This document shows, piece by piece, positions 1 through 7,580 of a stretch of DNA of 17,294 nucleotides (the first letter of the stretch is position 1; each line of letters opens with the position of its first letter). The notes under the pieces were generated by a model that was not told where the DNA came from, ran no database searches, and worked only from the letters and a program-made list of their open reading frames with translations. The stretch is taken from NCBI GenBank assembly GCA_040400605.1, contig JBBAPZ010000010.1, positions 57,320 through 74,613 on the forward strand. Reading direction: 5' to 3'. The position numbers and the translations under genes are program-made. This DNA is from Candidatus Sericytochromatia bacterium (GTDB lineage Bacteria; Cyanobacteriota; Sericytochromatia; S15B-MN24; JAQBPE01).

Positions 1-163
1 CTTGCTTCGGGGTTAGTCGCCTTGGTGGCTGGTGAGCTGCCTGGCTTGGGGCTTGCTTCGGGGTTAGTCGCCTTGGTGGCTGGTGAGCTGCCTGGCTTGG
101 GGCTTGGTTCAGGGTTAGTCGCCTTGGTGGCTGGTGAGCTGCCTGGCTTGGGGCTTGGTTCAG
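1..163. repeat. 51-bp coding tandem repeat, at least 3.2 copies (1-51, 52-102, 103-153, partial 154-163)
   Basis: Unit CTTGCTTCGGGGTTAGTCGCCTTGGTGGCTGGTGAGCTGCCTGGCTTGGGG. Copies 1 and 2 are identical, copy 3 has two substitutions. Encodes PKPGSSPATKATNPEAS on the - strand and probably continues past the window edge. Confidence 0.95.
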
Positions 164-674
164 ATGCCACGGGCGTGGGTAGGGTTTGGGCTGTTTTGGG
201 CGCGGATTCGAGGCTGGCTTTCAGGTGTTCTTCAAGCAGGGTTCGAATTCGTCGCCGGCCATAGGTTTGGGCGTAGCGGATGGGTGAGATTTTATCATTG
301 GTTTCGAGGGTGGGGTCGGCACCATTTTTCAGAAGGATGCCTGTGACCAACTGATGTCCCCTGGCGACGGCGACGAGGAGTGGCGTGCGGCCTTTTTTAT
401 CTTTGACGTTGACATTTGCCCCGAGTGAAATCAGGAGTTCGACGGTAATTGGGCGTCCTTCTTGGGCAGCCCACATGAGTGGGGTGTAGCCATAGGCATC
501 GCGTGTTTCGATGGCGGCACCTGCTTTCAGCAAGGTGATGATGCGGGTGCGTTGGCCTTTGTAGGCTGCGTCAAGCAATTCAAAATTGCGATCAGTCGCG
601 GCTGCGACAGACGGTCCGACCAGAAAGGCGATCATCACGAACGGCGCAAAAAAAATAAAGGCTTTCAACGGCAC
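1..674 (-). CDS. Secreted ankyrin-repeat protein with C-terminal Pro/Ser/Thr-rich 17-aa tandem repeats (3' end runs off window)
   Basis: Absent from the ORF track because there is no stop in the window. Manual translation from GTG at 674 (AGGGG just upstream): VPLKAFIFFAPFVMIAFLVGPSVAAA (signal-peptide-like), then ankyrin motifs LLKAGAAIETRDAYGYTPLMWAAQEG, LLISLGANVNVKDKKGRTPLLVAVARGH, LLKNGADPT, then (SPKPGSSPATKATNPE[A/P])n. Start codon uncertain. Confidence 0.85.
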   Translation of the reverse strand, partial: MPLKAFIFFAPFVMIAFLVGPSVAAATDRNFELLDAAYKGQRTRIITLLKAGAAIETRDAYGYTPLMWAAQEGRPITVELLISLGANVNVKDKKGRTPLLVAVARGHQLVTGILLKNGADPTLETNDKISPIRYAQTYGRRRIRTLLEEHLKASLESAPKTAQTLPTPVASEPSPKPGSSPATKATNPEPSPKPGSSPATKATNPEASPKPGSSPATKATNPEA

Positions 675-769
675 GGCCCCTACAGCAACGATCGTTGCGA
701 GTATCGGTGTGTTGGCTGGTATCAAATGGTTGCTTAAAAACCCTTGATGGGTGTAAATGCCCGCAGCAC

Positions 770-798
770 AGTATACCGCCTGCGTAAAATCCGGCCAA
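770..798 (-). promoter_or_regulatory. Putative sigma70-type promoter for the ankyrin gene
   Basis: - strand TTGGCC (798-793), 17-nt spacer, TATACT (775-770), about 95 nt upstream of the GTG at 674. Confidence 0.4.
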
Positions 799-908
799 GT
801 GGGCCAATCTTGCAAGACGGACCTCAGCCAACGTGTCAGCGACGGCTTCGGGCTCCGTTCGGTGCGCCTCTTTTGACTGCGATTGGGGCTGACAATATCA
901 TCGTTGCA

Positions 909-1571
909 TCACGGCGCTGGTTTTGGTTCGGGCGTGATGGCACTTGGAAGCCGCCATTCAAAACGAGCCAGCATCGCATCGAAAAAAGCCAAATAGGCTT
1001 GTAAGGCTTTGAGCTCACCAATGAAAATGATGCCATAGCCGGTCCCTGCACGGTGGGCACAGACGCCAACCGCCGCAAGGCTTGCACCTGTCGCGCTGGC
1101 TGCTCCGATAAATTCCATCCGCCTGGCCGGAACGCCACCCACTTGCGTGTCGGTTTCGTTGAGTTGTCTGGCTTTAGGAATACTGATCAACAAATCACCA
1201 CGCACCTGCGCGCTTAAGGCACCAAGCGTCTGCTGGACGTCGAGCGGCAATGTGATGTGGTATTCATTGACCAGCACGCCAAGCGGGTTACCCGCTGCAT
1301 CCTGTACACCCACGCTGACGCGTCGGATCGTTCTGCCATCGGGCAAGACCTGTTCGACACCGGCGCCCAGATTCCAGAAATCGGGATAGGCGAGTACGAA
1401 ATCACTGGCTTCGTAACGCAAAAATCTAGGCTGCTTGTAAAACTCCTGTTCATGATTACCAAGACGCAGACCAGTTGGGGGCGTCAGATAGATACAGCCT
1501 GACAACAAGGTCAAAAACCCGATCAAGAAGGTGATGGACCCAGTGGCTCGAAACCGGTTAGCGAAAGTCAC
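909..1571 (-). CDS. Lipoprotein, probable PsbP/Mog1/DcrB-like fold
   Basis: GTG start with GGAG RBS. Hydrophobic stretch ends in lipobox LSG-C. FVLAYPDFW and TQVGGVPARRMEF resemble PsbP/DcrB-family patterns. Starts 12 bp after the rodZ stop. Confidence 0.65.
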   Translation of the reverse strand: MTFANRFRATGSITFLIGFLTLLSGCIYLTPPTGLRLGNHEQEFYKQPRFLRYEASDFVLAYPDFWNLGAGVEQVLPDGRTIRRVSVGVQDAAGNPLGVLVNEYHITLPLDVQQTLGALSAQVRGDLLISIPKARQLNETDTQVGGVPARRMEFIGAASATGASLAAVGVCAHRAGTGYGIIFIGELKALQAYLAFFDAMLARFEWRLPSAITPEPKPAP

Positions 1572-1583
1572 GGTTTTGCTCCA

Positions 1584-2474
1584 TCAGGGTCGGAAATGCC
1601 GGGTGACAACCTCACCACGGGCACCCAGCATACCAAGGTCTTCGCCGTTGCGGTAAAGTCGGGCACCTGCGCCATTGCCTGCCGTGAATTCGATGTGGCG
1701 CCCTGTGAATGAACGTTCGGCCCCCACTTGATAAAGTCCTTCCAACTTGTTTTGACCATCGACCAGCACTTGCAACCAGCAGTCATCACGAAGCTTGAAT
1801 GCGATCGTGACCAGGCGTGCAGGGGTTGCCTTGGGTGACGGTGCGGCACTGGCTTTGCGGGTCGGTTGTTTCGAGAAGGTCGGTTGGGGTGTGGTTGCAG
1901 GATGATGTGAACGTGCTGCTTGTGTTCCTTGGATACTTGGGGATGCCGTGCTCGGACGGGTGGATGAGCCTGGTGCTGGGACTGGCTTTGACATACCGGG
2001 GCTGGCCGCTGATCGTGGGTTTGACGAAGCGGGGGGCATTGAGGGTGCTTTGACCTTAGCTGAAGCGCTTGCAACGTTTGCCGGGTCAGGGGACGCTGTG
2101 ATGATTTCAATCCTTGGGGTTGCAAGCCAGTATGCACCGACAAAAATCACGACAACGGCAAACACGCCTAAAACGGGAACATAGTCGATGCGTGGCGTCG
2201 CTGGCTTTGATGATGTGTGAACAAGCGGCACCTCATGTGGGTGACTTGGGTAGGCACTAAGCAATTCTTGTGACGGCAGGTCAAGCAATTCAGCATATTT
2301 TTTGACGAATCCGCGAATGTAGATGGTTTCCGGCAGATTGTTCAAGTCGCCTTGTTCGATGGCATGTAAGTAACGCAAAGAGATGTGCGTCCGTTTGGCC
2401 ACTTCCTCGATGGTCATCTGACGGGCTTCGCGTGCGTGGCGAAAACGTTCGCCGACTTCGCGGGGATCAGCCAT
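1584..2474 (-). CDS. rodZ: Cytoskeletal/cell-shape protein RodZ (HTH + TM + DUF4115-like)
   Basis: N-terminal Xre-type HTH (VGERFRHAREARQMTIEEVAKRTHISLRYLHAIEQG...YIRGFVKKYAELL), one TM helix, P/S/A-rich linker, C-terminal CWLQVLVDG...AGNGAGARLYRNGEDLG domain. Overlaps the rluB stop by 8 bp. Confidence 0.88.
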   Translation of the reverse strand: MADPREVGERFRHAREARQMTIEEVAKRTHISLRYLHAIEQGDLNNLPETIYIRGFVKKYAELLDLPSQELLSAYPSHPHEVPLVHTSSKPATPRIDYVPVLGVFAVVVIFVGAYWLATPRIEIITASPDPANVASASAKVKAPSMPPASSNPRSAASPGMSKPVPAPGSSTRPSTASPSIQGTQAARSHHPATTPQPTFSKQPTRKASAAPSPKATPARLVTIAFKLRDDCWLQVLVDGQNKLEGLYQVGAERSFTGRHIEFTAGNGAGARLYRNGEDLGMLGARGEVVTRHFRP

Positions 2475-3204
2475 GTGCGTGTCCTCTCCTTGCCGCGTGG
2501 AGCAACGACTGAACCTCCTGGGCGTTTAAGGCGCGAAATGCACCCTTGGGTAGATCACCCGTCGTGAGGTCCCCAATCGCGATGCGTTCGAGTTGAATGA
2601 CGGGATGGCCCACTGCTTCCGCCATGCGCCTTACCTGGCGGTTGCGCCCTTCTCGGATCGAGATGAACAGGAGTGTGGACGCTTTGCGGCGATCGCCCAC
2701 TTCGACTCTGGCAGGCAAAGTTTTGCCGCCCTCCAGGTTGACACCTTGCCGTAGTTGCGCCAATGCCCGGGCATCCGGTCGACCCTGCACTTCCGCGAGA
2801 TAGGTTTTGCTCACGCCATGCCGAGGATGGGTCAAGGTTTCGGTGAACGTACCATCGTTGGTGAGGATCAAGAGCCCCGACGTTTCTTTGTCGAGTCGCC
2901 CGACCGGATGGAGCCCCGGCACGAAGGGTACCAATTCCAACACGGTTTTGCGTCCCTGCGGGTCGAAACATGTGCTGAGAAACCCACGTGGTTTGTTCAG
3001 CAAAAAGTAGCGGGGTTGCGGCTTGAGGGGAATCGGGCGGCCATCGACGGTGATGTGATCCACCTCTGCATCGGCGACGGTGCCAAGCGTGGTTACCACC
3101 TGATCGTTCACACTCACCCGGCCGGCGGTGATCAAGGCTTCGCTACGCCGCCTGGAGGCCACGCCGGTCCGTGCCAAAATTTTTTGCAGTCTCTCAGACG
3201 CCAT
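2467..3204 (-). CDS. rluB: rRNA pseudouridine synthase, RsuA/RluB family
   Basis: S4 domain ERLQKILARTGVASRRRSE, LNKPRG, catalytic VGRLDKETSGLLILTNDG, EGRNRQVRRM. Start reassigned to ATG 3204 (MASERLQK), which has a GGGGGAG RBS. Confidence 0.93.
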   Translation of the reverse strand: MASERLQKILARTGVASRRRSEALITAGRVSVNDQVVTTLGTVADAEVDHITVDGRPIPLKPQPRYFLLNKPRGFLSTCFDPQGRKTVLELVPFVPGLHPVGRLDKETSGLLILTNDGTFTETLTHPRHGVSKTYLAEVQGRPDARALAQLRQGVNLEGGKTLPARVEVGDRRKASTLLFISIREGRNRQVRRMAEAVGHPVIQLERIAIGDLTTGDLPKGAFRALNAQEVQSLLHAARRGHAHG

Positions 3205-3229
3205 CCGCTCGTCTCCCCCGTTGATCTTT

Positions 3230-3258
3230 ATGCTAACGGTTTGTTCACAGGCACGCAA
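3230..3258 (-). promoter_or_regulatory. Putative sigma70-type promoter for rluB-rodZ
   Basis: - strand TTGCGT (3258-3253), 17-nt spacer, TAGCAT (3235-3230), just upstream of the RBS. Confidence 0.4.
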
Positions 3259-3308
3259 CCACTGTGGCCGGTGAAACTAACACCTGTTCAATGCCTTGAT
3301 TCCGGCAT

Positions 3309-4310
3309 TCAGTTGTTGTAACGGTTCAACTGCATGGCGTCTCGCACCTGATTCAATGTATCGCGGGTTGCGATGCGTGCTTTTTGATTGCCGCTTGCCA
3401 AAACGTCATCCAACATCGACGGGTCACGGGCCAATTCGGCGCGGCGGGCTTGTATGGGGGCAAGGAGGTCGTTGATGCGAGAGGCGAGATTGCGTTTGCA
3501 CTGTACACATCCGATTGTTCCGGCGCGGCATTGCTCGGCCACCTCGGCTGCCTGTTCGCTATGATAGGTGCGCCAGCCATCCCAGACGACGCAAACCTCA
3601 GGATGGCCGGGATCATCTTTGCGGATGCGTGCGGGGTCTGTGACCATGGTCATGACTTTTTGTTGAACCGTTTTTGCATCATCCGACAATTTGATATCGT
3701 TGTGATAACTTTTGCTCATCTTGCGTCCGTCGGTTCCCAAGACCGTGGGTGTTTCGGTCAGCAGGGCCTGGGGTTCGGCAAACAGGTCACATTGGAACAG
3801 GTGGTTGAACCGGCGCACGATGTCGCGTGAGATTTCAAGATGTGCGAGTTGATCCGCACCCACCGGCACCAGATTGGCTTGAACCCCCAAGATATCCGCT
3901 GTCTGCAAGGCCGGGTACCCCAGCAAGCCATAGCTGACGCTGTCCTCAGCCAAACGTAATTCCCGCACCATATCCTTTAAGGTGGGATCCCGCTGTAGCC
4001 AGTTCACCGGCGTCACCATCGATAACAGCAAGTGCAATTCTGCGGTTTCGGGCACCGCGGACTGAACGTAGATGGTTGCGCGTGTCGGGTCAATGCCACT
4101 GGCCAACCAATCGAGAGCCATCGCTCGGGTATGGTCGCGCAAACCATCGGTTTTGGCGAAACCGGTTGTGAGCATGTGCCAGTCCACGATGGCGAAAAAG
4201 CAGTCATAACGGGCTTGCAACCGCAACCAGTTGGTCAAAACGCCCAGATAGTGTCCGACATGGAGGAGGCCGGTTGGCCGCATGCCGCTCATCACGCGAT
4301 TATGTGTCAC
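3309..4310 (-). CDS. trpS: Tryptophan--tRNA ligase
   Basis: SGMRPTGLLHVGH (HIGH), YPALQTADIL, VPVGADQLAHLE, KMSKS. Start reassigned to GTG 4310 (AAGGA RBS), giving 333 aa and no overlap with panB. Confidence 0.97.
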   Translation of the reverse strand: MTHNRVMSGMRPTGLLHVGHYLGVLTNWLRLQARYDCFFAIVDWHMLTTGFAKTDGLRDHTRAMALDWLASGIDPTRATIYVQSAVPETAELHLLLSMVTPVNWLQRDPTLKDMVRELRLAEDSVSYGLLGYPALQTADILGVQANLVPVGADQLAHLEISRDIVRRFNHLFQCDLFAEPQALLTETPTVLGTDGRKMSKSYHNDIKLSDDAKTVQQKVMTMVTDPARIRKDDPGHPEVCVVWDGWRTYHSEQAAEVAEQCRAGTIGCVQCKRNLASRINDLLAPIQARRAELARDPSMLDDVLASGNQKARIATRDTLNQVRDAMQLNRYNN

Positions 4311-4355
4311 TCGACAGGTCCTTTCAGGAGGAAGCCGCCTCGATCCTGGCCATTC

Positions 4356-4381
4356 ATCATACCAGTTTCGCCTGTTATGAT
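4356..4381. promoter_or_regulatory. Back-to-back extended -10 elements for divergent trpS and panB
   Basis: - strand TGGTATGAT (4364-4356) and + strand TGTTATGAT (4373-4381). Both match TGnTAnnnT and lie 40-45 nt upstream of the respective starts. Confidence 0.5.
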
Positions 4382-4422
4382 GGAGCCGTGTCCTGTTTTC
4401 GTGCCATAGCCAGGAGCGATTC

Positions 4423-5292
4423 ATGTACCCTTCCGCCGCTGCCAGTGCTTCGAAACAATCGCCTGTGACGCCGCAGGCGTTGCAGGCGATGCGTGTACAG
4501 GGGCAACCCATCGTTGCATTGACGGCTTATGACTACGTGACGGCGCGTGTGGCGGATGAAGCGGGCGTGGATTGTCTTTTGGTGGGTGATTCGCTTGGTA
4601 TGGTGGTGTTGGGTTATGAATCCACGCTGCCTGTGACCATGGATGAGATGTTGCACCATACGCGGGCTGTGGCACGGGGAGCCAAGCGTGCGTTGGTGGT
4701 GGGTGATATGCCGTTTATGAGTTATCAGGCGGATGTAGCGGAAGCGGTGCGTAACGCGGGGCGATTTTTGAAAGAGGCGGGTGCCCGCGCGGTCAAGCTG
4801 GAAGGGGGGCATCCGCCGCAGGTGGCCTGTATCCAGGCGATCGCCCAGGCTGGGATTCCAGTTATGGCGCATTTGGGTTTCACGCCGCAGGCGGTTCATG
4901 CGATCGGCATGCGCGTGCAGGCCCGTACGGAAGGTGCGATCACCCAGTTGGTCGAACAGGCCTTGGCGATCGAGGCTGCGGGAGCGTTTGCAGTCGTTTT
5001 GGAACTGATTCCGGCTGAGGTGGCGCAACTCGTCAGTGCAAGGCTCACCGTGCCAACCATCGGCATTGGGGCAGGTGCCGAAACCAGTGGTCAAATCCAG
5101 GTCGTTCACGACATCCTGGGACTTTATCCCGACTGGCTGCCCCGCCATGCCAAGCGTTATGCCCATCACTATGCGGCGACCCTCGATGCGATTAGCGCCT
5201 ATTGTGAGGATGTGCGGCAGGGGCGATTCCCTGAACACGCTCACAGTGCCCATCTGCCTGTTGCAAGTACAGAGCCGGATCAAGGGCGCTGA
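4423..5292 (+). CDS. panB: 3-methyl-2-oxobutanoate hydroxymethyltransferase
   Basis: LTAYDY, LLVGDSLGMVVLG, VVGDMPFMSYQ, AVKLEGG, GIPVMAHLGFTPQ, PTIGIGAG, GQIQVVHDILG. AGGAG RBS. Confidence 0.97.
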   Translation: MYPSAAASASKQSPVTPQALQAMRVQGQPIVALTAYDYVTARVADEAGVDCLLVGDSLGMVVLGYESTLPVTMDEMLHHTRAVARGAKRALVVGDMPFMSYQADVAEAVRNAGRFLKEAGARAVKLEGGHPPQVACIQAIAQAGIPVMAHLGFTPQAVHAIGMRVQARTEGAITQLVEQALAIEAAGAFAVVLELIPAEVAQLVSARLTVPTIGIGAGAETSGQIQVVHDILGLYPDWLPRHAKRYAHHYAATLDAISAYCEDVRQGRFPEHAHSAHLPVASTEPDQGR

Positions 5293-5329
5293 CTGCTTGT
5301 GGCAGAGACAGGTTTTTCATTTTGTTCAG

Positions 5330-5354
5330 GTGTCGCTTGCGCGCGAAGCGATAC
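5330..5354 (+). terminator. 9-bp stem-loop downstream of panB (possible terminator or stabiliser)
   Basis: GTGTCGCTT-gcgcgcg-AAGCGATAC with one G.U pair. No U-tract follows, so the support is weak. Confidence 0.25.
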
Positions 5355-5422
5355 GGAAAAGCATTGCCTGGTTATCAAAATTTTGGTCGGTATTGGATGT
5401 CAGCACGGGTTTTCTTGATGTT
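5351..5422 (+). repeat. Intergenic repeat family 2, copy X
   Basis: Hand alignment with the reverse complement of 7189-7259: 51/72 identical, one gap. Confidence 0.7.
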
Positions 5423-5586
5423 GTTGGGTTTGCGACATCAGTTTTGGACAGCAACCCAATCCGTCACTGTTTGGTGTGACGTCGCTCAGAACATGCATTG
5501 GCATGTGCTTTGGGTGCGCTGCAATTTTTTGAGAGGGTGAAGCGGCGTTTGACTGATGCGAGCTTACGGTTGGACAGTCGGTGGGT

Positions 5587-7062
5587 TCAGATTCCAGTGG
5601 CTGGTTGTTTGATGTCGAATGCCCGGAGAATCATGGGTAGGATATCCGTGCTGCGAATGGGGTTAGACCATTCGTTGAGGCCAACGGTGACCAAGGGTAC
5701 CAAAGAGTCCATTGCGTGCAAAGAGCCGTGATTGCCTCGTCCCATCGGGAATCCGGAGGTGAACTCGTGTCCTGCCGCTGCGGTTGCGAGCATGCGCGCG
5801 CCGTTGGGTACGCTGAGTGCTTGCGTGACGCGATTGAGTGCGTCGGGGTAATCACGATCGATGAGTTGGTCACTGACTTGCTGTAAGTCAAATACGCTGA
5901 GGTTGCCTTCCCAGTCCCATTTTTTGCCGAAGCTGTCTTGGGCCGTTTGGCCGGGCCGAAAGCGCAGGTAGCCGTCGTTTGAGCGTTTGTAAGCGTGGAG
6001 CCAGTTTCCGTCATTCCAGCAAATCTGATCAACTGCGTGGAGACGGGTGAGGGTGTCGCGGATGCTCTGGGCGATTGTGGGTGCGTAGCCATCGTTGAAG
6101 TGAAAATAGCACATGCGATCATTCGGACTGACGGCATAGGCAAAACGGCCGCTATCGAGCCCGCCTTGGCGCAAGGGGCAGATTTGATGGTGGTTAAACA
6201 GTTCAAAAACATTGATGGCATGCCCTGAGCGCATCGGGTAGGTGGGTGACTGGCTGTGGTCACCTGTGATAATCCAGCGTGCTTGCGCTACCGCTTCATT
6301 GAAAGACCCGTATGCGTTCATGATCCGGGCAAGTTCGTGATCGACCCAGCGCAAGGAAAAGCCGATGCCATCGGGGCCGTGGCGGTGTGTGCGCAGATCG
6401 TTTTCATTAAAGTAAGTCAGCATGAAGTTTGGACGATGGCTTTGGATACACCGAATGGACGCCGTCGCCGCGTGTTGATCGGTGAAACCGTAGCGTTGAA
6501 ACCACCAGGCGCGCTCGCTACCCCCTCTGACCAGATCGCCATGGATTAAGTGTCGCGGCCCACGGAGCATCAAAAAGCGAGGTAAGTTGCCCAATTGACG
6601 TAGCACGAAAGGAATTTCGGCTTGATGCAAGAAAGGGCCGCGAGAGATTGGGCAGTTGATGCAGGCACTGTCAATGCCGGCACTTTCCAGCCATTCAAAA
6701 ATGGTTTTGACCCCGTCGCGGAGGTGGTCCCGATTCAGGTTGAGAAAGAAATCATTTACCACCTGATGGACGGTTCCCCAGAGCAAACTCTGGGGGTAGG
6801 GCCAGTAATGCACGTAGCGATCCACGCGCGGGTTGTACCACAAAACCCCACTCACGCCGTGCCGATCCGGCCCCACGCCCGTCAACAGCGAACTCAGACA
6901 GACCGGTGTGACTGACGGAAAAATAGACTGACACCGCCAGCTTGACTGCCCGTGCGACAACAGGTACGCCAATGCCGGCAAGGCGCCCGCATCAAGCTCT
7001 CGCTGCACGGCCTCAGGCACCCAACTATCGATGATTACCAGATGCAGCGGTTTATCCGTCAA
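5587..7062 (-). CDS. Alkaline phosphatase superfamily protein (type I phosphodiesterase / nucleotide pyrophosphatase-like)
   Basis: Metal and nucleophile motifs VIIDS, FPSVT (Thr nucleophile), DLRTHRHG, ITGDHSQ, RGNHGSLH. TTG start with GGGAGAAGG upstream. No signal peptide. Confidence 0.88.
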   Translation of the reverse strand: MTDKPLHLVIIDSWVPEAVQRELDAGALPALAYLLSHGQSSWRCQSIFPSVTPVCLSSLLTGVGPDRHGVSGVLWYNPRVDRYVHYWPYPQSLLWGTVHQVVNDFFLNLNRDHLRDGVKTIFEWLESAGIDSACINCPISRGPFLHQAEIPFVLRQLGNLPRFLMLRGPRHLIHGDLVRGGSERAWWFQRYGFTDQHAATASIRCIQSHRPNFMLTYFNENDLRTHRHGPDGIGFSLRWVDHELARIMNAYGSFNEAVAQARWIITGDHSQSPTYPMRSGHAINVFELFNHHQICPLRQGGLDSGRFAYAVSPNDRMCYFHFNDGYAPTIAQSIRDTLTRLHAVDQICWNDGNWLHAYKRSNDGYLRFRPGQTAQDSFGKKWDWEGNLSVFDLQQVSDQLIDRDYPDALNRVTQALSVPNGARMLATAAAGHEFTSGFPMGRGNHGSLHAMDSLVPLVTVGLNEWSNPIRSTDILPMILRAFDIKQPATGI

Positions 7063-7188
7063 AGGCCTTCTCCCGTCGCATCAGGCCAACAGGGGCAGCC
7101 TGAATCATTCGAAGCGACGCGAGACTAGCAAATTTAAAGCGCCTCCAAAACAGGCAAAAAGACCTGCAATCACGGAAATGCCATCCGT

Positions 7189-7259
7189 AACATCAGGCAC
7201 TTACGTGCTGATATTCACAAACAGCCAAAATTTGATCACCAATCAGCGCGTTTCTGTAT
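7189..7259 (-). repeat. Intergenic repeat family 2, copy Y (inverted relative to X)
   Basis: Reverse complement ATACAGAAACGCGCTGATTGGTGATCAAATTTTGGCTG...CAGCACG...TGATGTT matches 5351-5422 at 51/72. Confidence 0.7.
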
Positions 7260-7267
7260 AACCACCT

Positions 7268-7400
7268 CTAACCATCAGATTGACTGATTGTTCGTTGCAT
7301 ATTCGTTGTAACCATGCCGCACGTAACACCCGAAATCGGTCTGCTGGCCCTTGCGTCTTGTTCGGATGGTCAGCGTCCAATCGGTGAAATTCATGGTTGG
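7268..7400 (+). mobile_element. MITE-like non-autonomous element, copy A (133 bp)
   Basis: Imperfect ~21-bp terminal inverted repeats. Flanked by TAACCACCT (7259-7267) and TTACCATCT (7401-7409), 7/9 identical. 92/127 identical to the reverse complement of 11695-11820. Confidence 0.65.
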
Positions 7401-7529
7401 TTACCATCTGGCGGTGTTGCGCTTGCTGTCATTCGGTGACTGAAACAACAGACCAGGATGGTTTCAACCGTTTTACAGGTGAGGCAAGCGATGCACGGAA
7501 TCAGGACCGATTTCGGGCTGCTGCGTCAT
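7314..7529 (+). other. Long imperfect inverted repeat / candidate structured RNA
   Basis: Perfect 13-bp arms CCCGAAATCGGTC (7329-7341) and GACCGATTTCGGG (7505-7517). Nested helices TGCGTC/GATGCA, GTGAAA/TTTTAC, GGTTG/CAACC, ACCATC/GATGGT, TGTTG/CAACA. Confidence 0.45.
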
Positions 7530-7580
7530 ATTGACGGAAGCAAGCTGAACCGGCCCTGATAAGGATAGATCTGTCAGTTG

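Noticed and set aside
1..163. Tandem repeat as a possible CRISPR array
   Set aside because: No spacers, the period is a multiple of 3, and it lies within a CDS.
22..264. + strand ORF with LVALVAGELPGLGL repeats
   Set aside because: Antisense shadow of the ankyrin gene's tandem repeat.
685..730. 14-bp palindrome GCAACGATCGTTGC and a short match (TTGGCTGGTATCAAA) to repeat X
   Set aside because: Single short matches that cannot be distinguished from chance by eye.
675..911. The lipoprotein ORF and the ankyrin ORF are in the same frame, separated by a single TGA (911-909) followed by 78 open codons: possible readthrough or selenocysteine fusion
   Set aside because: The intervening translation looks non-protein-like. 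The ankyrin gene has its own signal peptide, RBS-like sequence and plausible promoter (798-770). TGA is an ordinary stop in many genes here, and an open stretch of this length can occur by chance.
4311..4511. 67-aa N-terminal extension of TrpRS overlapping panB
   Set aside because: Longest-ORF artefact. Homology and the RBS support GTG 4310.
4375..5283. 302-aa antisense ORF over panB, and other long antisense or alternate-frame ORFs (e.g. 1568-2143, 5631-6263, 8483-9019, 10651-11289, 12331-12945)
   Set aside because: They overlap well-supported genes, have H/R/P/Q-biased composition typical of shadow frames, and show no motifs.
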